Source: a bacterium (GTDB lineage Bacteria; Hinthialibacterota; Hinthialibacteria; Hinthialibacterales; G963663365). Taken from it: DNA of 64,000 nucleotides. How positions within the stretch are numbered: position 1 is the first letter of the stretch; every line of letters begins with the position of its first letter. The stretch covers positions 1,256,319 through 1,320,318 of the forward strand of contig CAXXIH010000008.1 in assembly GCA_963663365.2 (NCBI GenBank). The letters are read 5' to 3'. Shown piece by piece: positions 45,112 through 53,383 of the stretch. The notes beneath the pieces are model-generated. The model made no database searches. It had not been told where the DNA came from and saw only the letters and a list, made by a program, of their open reading frames with translations. The position numbers were made by a program, and so were the translations under genes.

Positions 45112-46797
45112 GTGTCAACACAATTACAAAGGTATTCCTTTCCTTGGCGGGCGGCATTTTATCCGATACTGCTCACATTGTTTACCGCCGGGTTATCCTG
45201 GCTATCGACATGGATATCCGGTTATATCCGTGACGATTTGATTTGGGAAAAGTCTGTTTTTACCGGCTTTATGCTTCTTTTTTTTGGCATCTATACAGCG
45301 GCGGTATGGGAGGCTGTTCGGGGCCGCATACAAATGCATACAGGCTGGATTGTCGGCTGGGCATTGCTCATGCGCCTCTTGTTACTGCCCGGCAGCCCGG
45401 TATTAGAAACTGACCAATGCCGCTATTTATGGGATGGACTCGTCCTTTCGCACGGTTTCAATCCATACAAATATGCCCCGGCGGAAATATCGGCATTCGC
45501 AGAGGATGAACGGCTGTTTCCGCCGCGGCTGCATGACGAACTCCGCGCATTGAACCAGCTGCGGACATCTTCTCCACAAATCGAACAAAATTTTGCACTG
45601 ATCAATAATAATCAAGTTCCGACGCCCTACCTTCCGGCTGCACAAGTTGCATTTGCCTTGGCCTCGTTGCTTTCACCCGGAAGTTTGTGGGGGTGGCGGA
45701 TCATAGTGCTTTTAGCAGATATCCTAATTCTTCGATTGCTTATCGGTCTTTTACGGCGTCTGGATCTTCCGGAATCCCATCTGCTTATTTACGCCTGGTC
45801 TCCGCTGGTGCTCAAAGAGTACATCAATACAACACACTACGATTTAATTATGATGGCCCTGGTTTTATTGGCATTCAGGTTTCTACTGCCCGGCGGGATC
45901 AGTTCTTATCTCGGTAATAAATCAAAAACTATAGATGAAAAATCATCAGATCCATTGAACCCCAAAGGACCGGCCTCGCCTGCATTGGCCGGTGTTGCAT
46001 TGGGAGCCGCAGTACTCACCAAATTGATGCCGATTGCATTAGTCGCCATCTGGTGCAGACGCCTTGGACTCCGGGGACTTGCGACATTCGTTATCACAAT
46101 TCCGGTACTCACTTTGCCATTCATTGGATTTCAAACACAAAGTTGGAAAAATGATCCGGCGGGAATCGATAACCGGCAACCGGGATTTTACGTTGGACAG
46201 CAAGCCGCAACGGGCTTGGTCACATTTGGACATCATTGGGAATTCAACTCCAGCCTTACCGTTCTCCTGGAGCATGGATTCGAAAAGGCCGGATTCCCTG
46301 CTTATGGAGAACCAAAGGCAAAAATTCTTTTTCAACTGGCAGGCTGGACATTTCGGCTGGATGCTTTTTTGTTAGCCAAAGCAACAGCGTGCGGGATAGC
46401 TGCAATTGTCTGCATAGGCATTGCTTTGTATTTAAATGGATTCCGGCTGCATGCCAATCAAAAAAAAGTATGGCATGATTTGCGTGACGGCTGGGCTTTC
46501 GATCCGCACCGGCATCTCGCTGCGGCGCTCTTTATAGTCGGAGTGCTGCTATTATGCAGCCCGGTCTGCAATCCGTGGTATGTCGGTTGGCTTGTTCCGC
46601 TTCTGGTCTTTGTTCCCCGTGCGCCCTGGCTGCTCCTGACCGGAACGACATTCCTCTATTACCTTTATTTTGTCAACAACGGATACCTTCCCGGCATTCG
46701 CTGGTTCGAATACGGACCTGTTTATCTTTGGTTGTTGATTGAAGCCATCCGCAATTGGAAGCCGGCACAAAATGAAAAGTCTTTGCGGATAGAATAA
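45112..46797 (+). CDS. polytopic GT-C-type glycosyltransferase-like membrane protein (DUF2029/GT87-like)
   Basis: GTG start. More than 10 TM segments. The first-loop motif 'ETDQCRYLWDGLVLSHGFNPYKYAP' resembles mannosyltransferase/DUF2029 families. Confidence 0.7.
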   Translation: MSTQLQRYSFPWRAAFYPILLTLFTAGLSWLSTWISGYIRDDLIWEKSVFTGFMLLFFGIYTAAVWEAVRGRIQMHTGWIVGWALLMRLLLLPGSPVLETDQCRYLWDGLVLSHGFNPYKYAPAEISAFAEDERLFPPRLHDELRALNQLRTSSPQIEQNFALINNNQVPTPYLPAAQVAFALASLLSPGSLWGWRIIVLLADILILRLLIGLLRRLDLPESHLLIYAWSPLVLKEYINTTHYDLIMMALVLLAFRFLLPGGISSYLGNKSKTIDEKSSDPLNPKGPASPALAGVALGAAVLTKLMPIALVAIWCRRLGLRGLATFVITIPVLTLPFIGFQTQSWKNDPAGIDNRQPGFYVGQQAATGLVTFGHHWEFNSSLTVLLEHGFEKAGFPAYGEPKAKILFQLAGWTFRLDAFLLAKATACGIAAIVCIGIALYLNGFRLHANQKKVWHDLRDGWAFDPHRHLAAALFIVGVLLLCSPVCNPWYVGWLVPLLVFVPRAPWLLLTGTTFLYYLYFVNNGYLPGIRWFEYGPVYLWLLIEAIRNWKPAQNEKSLRIE

Positions 46798-46817
46798 GCT
46801 ATCCACAAAGACACCGA

Positions 46818-47612
46818 CTACATTTCTTTGATCTTGGCCTGGAAATTATGGAACTTTTCCATATCGCCTAATGTATATCCTTTCTTTTCCAGCTGACCGA
46901 TCAGCGTTTTCGCATTTTGAATTCTTTCGCTTGTGGGCGGGTGCGTGGAAAAGAGTTTTGCAAAAGCGCTGGATTGACTGGAACCCATGCTTTGGAGTTT
47001 ATCAAAGAAAACAACCAACGCGTTCGGATCGTATCCTGTTCGGTGCAATAAATGCACAGCAATATCATCCGCTTCGCGTTCAGCGCTACGGCTGTAACTC
47101 AAAAGGCCGGCATTGGCGATACCATTGGCGATTTTTGCGGCATCGGTTTCGCTGTTACCGAACGCGACACCCAAAAGGATTTGAGTGCCCATGGACCGGG
47201 TCAAATTCTGGGTTCCATGACGGCGTTCGGCATGCCCGATTTCATGGGCCATGACCGCGGCCAATTCGGCCTCGCTGTCGGCGGCTTCGATCAAACCCGT
47301 ATGGACATACAAACGCCAGCCGGGTATCGCAAAAGCGTTGACCTCATCCTCTTTAACAACAAAAAACTGAAATGGTTTATCTTGCGATTGGGATGCGGCA
47401 ACCAGTTTCTTTCCGATACCAGATACATAAGCCTGAATTTCGGGATCGTCGACGATGACCATCTCTTTTTCGAGTTCGGCTCCGACTTCGTGCCCCAAAC
47501 TCAATTCACGATCTTCGGAAATCAAATTGACTCCGCCTAAGAAATCGCCGGTGGCACATCCACTCAACATACCGGCAACCAGACAAACTACGGCAATTGA
47601 AACATGGCGCAT
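46818..47612 (-). CDS. M48 family zinc metallopeptidase, lipoprotein
   Basis: Lipobox 'MLSGC'. 'HEIGHAERRH' HExxH motif. Downstream 'SR..EREAD'. Confidence 0.88.
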   Translation of the reverse strand: MRHVSIAVVCLVAGMLSGCATGDFLGGVNLISEDRELSLGHEVGAELEKEMVIVDDPEIQAYVSGIGKKLVAASQSQDKPFQFFVVKEDEVNAFAIPGWRLYVHTGLIEAADSEAELAAVMAHEIGHAERRHGTQNLTRSMGTQILLGVAFGNSETDAAKIANGIANAGLLSYSRSAEREADDIAVHLLHRTGYDPNALVVFFDKLQSMGSSQSSAFAKLFSTHPPTSERIQNAKTLIGQLEKKGYTLGDMEKFHNFQAKIKEM

Positions 47613-47630
47613 GATAAAGTACCTGCTATC

Positions 47631-48329
47631 TCATTGCTGTTCTTTTTCGTCTTTCGGCTTTTCCTTTTTCGCCCAAGTTTTCTCATTGACTTGATAGTAA
47701 TTCCCGGGCTTCATGGTTTTACGTATAGCCTTGGCAAAGATTTCCTGAATCTTTTTCAGCTGTTGTTCCGGAAGTTTATGGGCTTCAAGAATTTCACGAT
47801 ACATGGCTTCGCGGTCTTTGTTTTCATCCGACAGGAGTTTCTTTAGTTGCTGCAAATCCCGGATGGCCAAGTTCTCGGTATCACGCAGAACCAAATACCC
47901 CTCAAGCCCCTCGCCGAAACGGCCGGAGGCCATGTGAGGCTCCAACTGCTTGTAACGCGCTTTGCGGCGTTCGCGAAGTTTCTTAAGAGCGGGTGTATCG
48001 ATATCGATATCGATGGTTGATTCTTCTTGGGCATACGCTTGTTTTTCATTGAAAGCAAATGCCAGCACCGCGCCACCAGGTAAAGGGATTTCCCACGCGG
48101 AGGAAATCTCATTGCCGGATTCGACCTGCGTGCCGCGAATCTCACTTTCAATCGCCTCCGCCGCTTCACGGATTTCCGGCTCCGGGAAATAAACATTGAC
48201 GGTCAGATTGACACATCCGGGTAACACCAAAACCGCCAGCATAAACAACCGGCGTCCAATCAATGTGCAATGCTTTGAATCTTTCACGATATCCCTCCGG
48301 GATTCTTTACGGAATCTCATAGATTTCAC
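47631..48329 (-). CDS. DUF1318 (YdbL-like) domain lipoprotein
   Basis: Lipobox 'VLPGC'. 'RR.ARY..L......G.FGEGLEGYL' and 'ENKDREAMYREI' match the YdbL/DUF1318 pattern. Confidence 0.65.
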   Translation of the reverse strand: MKSMRFRKESRRDIVKDSKHCTLIGRRLFMLAVLVLPGCVNLTVNVYFPEPEIREAAEAIESEIRGTQVESGNEISSAWEIPLPGGAVLAFAFNEKQAYAQEESTIDIDIDTPALKKLRERRKARYKQLEPHMASGRFGEGLEGYLVLRDTENLAIRDLQQLKKLLSDENKDREAMYREILEAHKLPEQQLKKIQEIFAKAIRKTMKPGNYYQVNEKTWAKKEKPKDEKEQQ

Positions 48330-49011
48330 CGATCTTCAACACCTTCCCGACACCGCCCTGTTTGGAGAGTTTGAAAACAAATTCTTCAGGATCGGCGGCA
48401 ATAACGGGGAACGTATTGTAATGCATGGGAATCGTAACTTTGGCTTTCAAAAGTTTGGAAGCCGCATACACAGCGTCATCGATTCCCATTGTGAAATTGT
48501 CGCCAATGGGCAGCAGGGCAACGTCGATATCGTGCATATCGCCCAGTATGCCCATCTCGGCTACCAGCCCGGTATCACCGGCATGGTAGATTTTTTTGCC
48601 TTCGATGGTGAGCAATAGGCCGGCTGGATCGCCCATATAGACCATTCCACTGCCGTCTCCGCGATCGAGGCCGCTGCCATGATGGGCAACCGTAAACTGA
48701 ACACGGCCAAAATCGAAGTTATGTCCACCACCGATATGCATCGGATGCACATCCAATCCAAGCCCGCCTAGATAGGTTGCCAGTTCATAACAGGCAATCA
48801 CATTGGCGCCGCAGCTCTTGGCGATTTCGACGGCATCGCCGACATGATCGCCATGACCGTGTGTCAGCAGGATCGTATCGACCTGCACATCACTTGGTTT
48901 GATGTCGGTAAGTCCGTTGTTATTCAAAAAAGGATCGATGATCAGACGTTTGCCGCCTCCCTCGATCTGAAATGCACTGTGTCCGTGGAATGACAATCTG
49001 ACCATGAGCAA
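48307..49011 (-). CDS. metal-dependent hydrolase, UPF0173 / MBL-fold
   Basis: 'FHGHSAF.IE..GK.LIIDPF', 'LLTHGHGDHVGD', 'VAHHGS'. Confidence 0.85.
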   Translation of the reverse strand: MLMVRLSFHGHSAFQIEGGGKRLIIDPFLNNNGLTDIKPSDVQVDTILLTHGHGDHVGDAVEIAKSCGANVIACYELATYLGGLGLDVHPMHIGGGHNFDFGRVQFTVAHHGSGLDRGDGSGMVYMGDPAGLLLTIEGKKIYHAGDTGLVAEMGILGDMHDIDVALLPIGDNFTMGIDDAVYAASKLLKAKVTIPMHYNTFPVIAADPEEFVFKLSKQGGVGKVLKIGEIYEIP

Positions 49012-49094
49012 ACACCTCCCATCAACGCCTCATGCGTACTGTTCTTCTGGAAATCGTGCCTATGGTACGGCAGGTAACGCAGAAAGAGCGAGGA

Positions 49095-49853
49095 CTATAT
49101 GCCGGCTCGTACGATACCTTCGAAATCTTCCGCCTTAAGAGCGGCGCCGCCAATCAGGCCGCCATCGATATCCGGTTGCGCAAGTAATTCTTTTGCATTG
49201 CCGGGTTTCATGCTGCCGCCGTATTGGATACGGATGGATTCCCCTGTCTCAGCGCCAAACATTTCGTTCAGAATGCCGCGAATGAAAGCATGGACGGCTT
49301 GTGCATCCTCGGGTTTTGCGGTTTTGCCCGTTCCAATGGCCCATACCGGCTCATAGGCAATCACGATCTTCTTGGCTTCATCCGCAGACAAACCGGCCAG
49401 ACCGCCTTCAACATGGTCTTTTACAACCGCTTCCGTCTTTCCGGCTTCGCGCTCTTCTTCTTTCTCGCCCACACAAAGAATGGGGAGCAAACCAAGGGCC
49501 AGAGCCGCTTTGACTTTCTCATTGATAAAAGCGTTGGTCTCTTTGAAATATTCGCGGCGTTCGGAATGTCCAAGGATGACACACGAGCAGCCAAGGCTTT
49601 TTAGGAATGTGCCTGAGACCTCACCCGTGTAGGCGCCGGAATCTTTCGGATAAAGATTCTGTGAACCGAGTGCAACTTTGCTGCCGCGTACAACTTCTGC
49701 GACCGCAGCGATCGCTGTAAAAGGCGGGCATACTGCCACTTCGACTTCTTCCACATTGCCCACACGTTCCACAACACTTTTGGCCAAAGCGGCGGCGTCT
49801 TCGGGCGCACCCGCATTCATTTTCCAGTTACCGGCAACAATAATCTTGCGCAT
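49095..49853 (-). CDS. tpiA: triosephosphate isomerase
   Basis: 'AGNWKMN', 'GAYTGEVS', 'VILGHSERR', 'AYEPVWAIGTG', 'QYGGS'. Confidence 0.96.
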   Translation of the reverse strand: MRKIIVAGNWKMNAGAPEDAAALAKSVVERVGNVEEVEVAVCPPFTAIAAVAEVVRGSKVALGSQNLYPKDSGAYTGEVSGTFLKSLGCSCVILGHSERREYFKETNAFINEKVKAALALGLLPILCVGEKEEEREAGKTEAVVKDHVEGGLAGLSADEAKKIVIAYEPVWAIGTGKTAKPEDAQAVHAFIRGILNEMFGAETGESIRIQYGGSMKPGNAKELLAQPDIDGGLIGGAALKAEDFEGIVRAGI

Positions 49854-50124
49854 AACAATTTCTCCTGATAATCCAATCGAACGACTTTGGGAATTGCACC
49901 TTTGAAATGGTGGTTCCGGCTCAAAAGCCTACGGTAGCAGGGGGATTCTAGGCAAACAACGCCATTCAATCAGGAGTGGGTGAGGTGGATTTGCCACACC
50001 GAATCAAGGGGTTATCATCATACAACTTGTTTGGGCTGAGTCGGAATCGTAAGGTCTTAAATTGATTAACGATACCTTCTCTGGCGTCTAAACGTTAGAA
50101 CCGAATGACGAATACCAAATTCGA

Positions 50125-51141
50125 ATGAAAATTATCCGCTCCATAGACTCAACCAGCACCCGCGATTCGATAAAAAGCATCGGCGCATTTGTTCTTTGTA
50201 CCTTGATTATACTGACCTTAGGTTGTGAGACAGGACAAAAACGCGGCTCAAAGGTTGCATTAATTCAAGAAGCGCATGCCGATATGGAGTTCGGAAATTA
50301 TAAATCCGCATTGACAAAAATACAGAATTACATCATGGCGCCTTGGGGTGACAAACAGGACGAAGATTTGGCGCTTATGATTGCGGCAACATCGGCGGCC
50401 AAACTGGGCCGGCCAGGCGAGGCAATTGGATATGTCTCGCGATTGCGGAAGAAATTCCCGGATAGCCCTTATAACAACGCTCAGCTCGAACAAATCGAGA
50501 GTCTTTCCCGAGTGGCGTTGAACACGATGGTCAAAGAGCGGGAAGAACAACAAAAGAAATTGTTGGCCGATATCGAACTGGCCGAAAAGAGGGTCAAGGA
50601 ATCTCCGCAAGATTCAAACGCCTTTGTTAATTTGGGACACCTTTATTGGCAAACCAGCCGCTACGATGACGCGCTGAAACAATACCAAGCGGCGGTCGAT
50701 CTAAACCAAGATGTGCTTCAGCAGGAACTTATCCGTCAGCGCATCAAAATCGACGATAGCGGACGTTTGGCGCTGAAAGACAATCCCATTCTTGATAAAA
50801 ACAGCGGGCCTCTCAAAGTCGCCAATCTTAGTGTCCAACGTGAGACGCGACGTGATATCCAAGGATACCACGCGAACGAATATCGTTATTCTGTATCCGG
50901 TGAAATTGTAAACGATGATATTCGGGACTACCGGAATGTGCGTGCAGAATTCGTTCTGTACAATTTCTGGGGAAATATCATTGATACAAAAACGCTTGGG
51001 ATCGGCACGGTTCCCGCGGGTACGCGGCGTGCATTTATGGCCGTCATGAACGATTTCGCAGGCGATGAACGCAGCGTGAATCGGTTTGAAATTAGCCTAT
51101 TCTCGGGAAATGATCGGGTTGGAGGCGCAATGGGCCACTGA
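50125..51141 (+). CDS. TPR lipoprotein with C-terminal FxLYD-like beta domain
   Basis: Lipobox 'LTLGC'. TPR-like helices (FVNLGHLYWQTSRYDDALKQYQAAVDLN). The C-terminal 'GEIVNDD..DY.NVRAEFVLYNFWGNIID...' resembles the FxLYD domain. Confidence 0.7.
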   Translation: MKIIRSIDSTSTRDSIKSIGAFVLCTLIILTLGCETGQKRGSKVALIQEAHADMEFGNYKSALTKIQNYIMAPWGDKQDEDLALMIAATSAAKLGRPGEAIGYVSRLRKKFPDSPYNNAQLEQIESLSRVALNTMVKEREEQQKKLLADIELAEKRVKESPQDSNAFVNLGHLYWQTSRYDDALKQYQAAVDLNQDVLQQELIRQRIKIDDSGRLALKDNPILDKNSGPLKVANLSVQRETRRDIQGYHANEYRYSVSGEIVNDDIRDYRNVRAEFVLYNFWGNIIDTKTLGIGTVPAGTRRAFMAVMNDFAGDERSVNRFEISLFSGNDRVGGAMGH

Positions 51142-51166
51142 GGGCTTACGGTGAGTTGATAGAATA

Positions 51167-52255
51167 ATGCATTGTAAGAATTTTATATTATATCTCGGCA
51201 CACAAATCCGCTTGATGGCTGTTATATCAAGTGTATTGCTTTGCTTCTTCTTATTTCCGGGAATCGCGCAAAGTCAAAGCGATGCGGTAGCCGGATTGAA
51301 ATGGGAAGAAAGTACAAAAGGCCTTACCGACACTTTATCTGCACATAAAAGCGGCGGTTCGCTGCCCAAAATGGTCTTCATCCAGATGTACGTATTCGAA
51401 GTCACTCTGGAAAACGAAAAAGACATGGGTTTTGTGCATCGTCTTCAAAATCAAGACGGAGGCACAGTAGGTGCGGAAATAGGACGCTTGCGGAGTCCCA
51501 CCAATATGGACCTGGGCGTAATTTCAGCAGTAGGTGAAGGAGAATCTCCCGGCTTCTCATTAGTCGGCGTAACAATCGACGAAGACCACGGACGGATCAC
51601 CAGCGAACTTCAGGCATTCGCTCAAAAGCGAAACACAACGGTATTTGCAAGTCCTTTCATCATGACGCTTGACGGACAACCCGCCGCGATTTCAACCGGT
51701 GATGAAGTACCTTACCTCAAGCGTTCGCTGACAGGAGATGTCGTTGTTTTCACACAAGATTTCACCGATACGGGCGTGAACTTAAAAGTAACCCCCACAG
51801 TAGTCGACGACATTATGATTCAGCTGGATATCAACCTCGATGTCTCCAACGTTTCCCGGACACGCATCGAGCAAGGTTTCCAGCAACCGATTGTACAAAC
51901 GAGTACATTTAGCACACATTTCGACATCAAAAACGGGACCAGCGTGCTATTGGGGGCTGTGTTGCGCCGTGTCGAAACCACGACTGAAACGGGGATTCCT
52001 TATGCCCGGGATATCCCGCTCCTTGGCCGGTTGTTCCGGGGAACAGAAGAATCGCTGCTAAACTCGGAACTACTCATCATCGTGCATCCTATGATCGTGA
52101 ATATGGAAGAAGGCATTAACCTGTATATCGATCCCCAAGCAGATCAAGAGGAAGTGATGGGACAGATTCGAGAGCAGTCGAAGCTTCTGCAAAAATCAGA
52201 AACACCACTGCGTCAGATTTACGATCTTTTACTGGAGGGCCCAAGTGTTGAATAA
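51167..52255 (+). CDS. secretin-domain protein (short; no N0/N1 domains recognised)
   Basis: Signal peptide present. The C-terminal secretin hallmark is 'TGIPYARDIPLLGRLFRGTEESLLNSELLIIVHPMIV'. Confidence 0.8.
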   Translation: MHCKNFILYLGTQIRLMAVISSVLLCFFLFPGIAQSQSDAVAGLKWEESTKGLTDTLSAHKSGGSLPKMVFIQMYVFEVTLENEKDMGFVHRLQNQDGGTVGAEIGRLRSPTNMDLGVISAVGEGESPGFSLVGVTIDEDHGRITSELQAFAQKRNTTVFASPFIMTLDGQPAAISTGDEVPYLKRSLTGDVVVFTQDFTDTGVNLKVTPTVVDDIMIQLDINLDVSNVSRTRIEQGFQQPIVQTSTFSTHFDIKNGTSVLLGAVLRRVETTTETGIPYARDIPLLGRLFRGTEESLLNSELLIIVHPMIVNMEEGINLYIDPQADQEEVMGQIREQSKLLQKSETPLRQIYDLLLEGPSVE

Positions 52256-53315
52256 ACTCTCCAGATACTCATTTCTATTGTTGCCCACTCTGCTGTGTAT
52301 TGCAGTTCCCGAATGTTTGTATTCAACATACGCGCAAGAGGCAGCTCCGGCGGCCGAACCGGCCCCGGCAGCAGAAGCGGCAGCTCCAGCCGAACCTGCT
52401 CCCCCTCCTCCGCCACCGCAGTCTGTTGAGATTGCCGTGGAAATCTTTGAATATCGTCTCTCCGAAGAAGAACAGTTCGGTTTAATGTACGAGTACATTC
52501 GTGAGCGTGGGGATCTCTTGGATTTCAACCTCTTTTTGCCGGGCACTACCAATCCCGGCGACCCATCCATTCCCGCCTTGCAGACAACCGTCGATCTTTT
52601 GAATTCACGCTATGGCGATTTGGATGCCACCTTGCAGGCCGCCGTGAGTAAGGGCCAGGCAATGATTTTGTCCAATCCACGCCTCGTCGTAAAAGAGGGG
52701 AACCCTGCCAGTATTGTCACCGGCGAGAAGGTTCCTATTACGAAATTGGAAATTAAAGGTGCGAACCAAACCCTTGCAACAGTCGATAAACATACAGGCG
52801 TCAAACTCTATGTAACGCCGCAAGTTCTAAACAAGGATTACATACTATTGGCATTGCAGGCCGAAGTCAGCGAAATCGTATCATTGGAGAAATTCACACC
52901 ATCGGACTCCACAACTGACGATGCGATTTTTGAGTTGCCGCGTGTTCAGCGCCGCACCGTACAAACCACAGTATTGGTTCCTGACGGCTTCACGCTTTTT
53001 ATCGGCGGTCTTTTGCGAGAAACCAAGCAAACAACGGATCGTAAAATTCCTATTCTCGGCGACATTCCCTATGCCGGATTTCCGTTCAAAAGCAAGAATG
53101 AAACATCTTTCAACAGTGATACATGGTTTAAGATCACACCTACAATTCTTGAACGAGGCAAAGGTGGTAGCCTGCCGATGAGCAGTGTGGGCGGCGATCT
53201 TGGAGAAACATTCCTAGACGCCGATACAGTCGAGTCCGCTACGGATGAGCGCAAACTGGAAGAGAATATGCAGGTTGATGAATCCGAACTGATCGACTAC
53301 GACAAACCAAAGTAG
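52245..53315 (+). CDS. secretin-domain protein, paralog with a Pro/Ala-rich linker
   Basis: GTG start with GGAGGG upstream, overlapping the previous gene by 11 nt. Linker 'AAPAAEPAPAAEAAAPAEPAPPPPPP'. Hallmark 'RKIPILGDIPYAGFPFKSKNETSFNSDTWFKITPTIL'. Confidence 0.8.
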   Translation: MLNKLSRYSFLLLPTLLCIAVPECLYSTYAQEAAPAAEPAPAAEAAAPAEPAPPPPPPQSVEIAVEIFEYRLSEEEQFGLMYEYIRERGDLLDFNLFLPGTTNPGDPSIPALQTTVDLLNSRYGDLDATLQAAVSKGQAMILSNPRLVVKEGNPASIVTGEKVPITKLEIKGANQTLATVDKHTGVKLYVTPQVLNKDYILLALQAEVSEIVSLEKFTPSDSTTDDAIFELPRVQRRTVQTTVLVPDGFTLFIGGLLRETKQTTDRKIPILGDIPYAGFPFKSKNETSFNSDTWFKITPTILERGKGGSLPMSSVGGDLGETFLDADTVESATDERKLEENMQVDESELIDYDKPK

Positions 53316-53355
53316 ATTCAACTTTCTCAGATTTCCTGCAAAGGCGAAAAACAAA

Positions 53356-53380
53356 GCCCTTTACGGATTCGTAAGGGGCT
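53356..53380. terminator. bidirectional terminator candidate (secretin 2 / thioredoxin-domain gene)
   Basis: AGCCCTTTAC-GGATTC-GTAAGGGGCT, 10-bp stem with one G-U pair. TATTTA follows on the + strand and TTGTTTTTCG on the - strand. Confidence 0.6.
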
Positions 53381-53383
53381 TAT

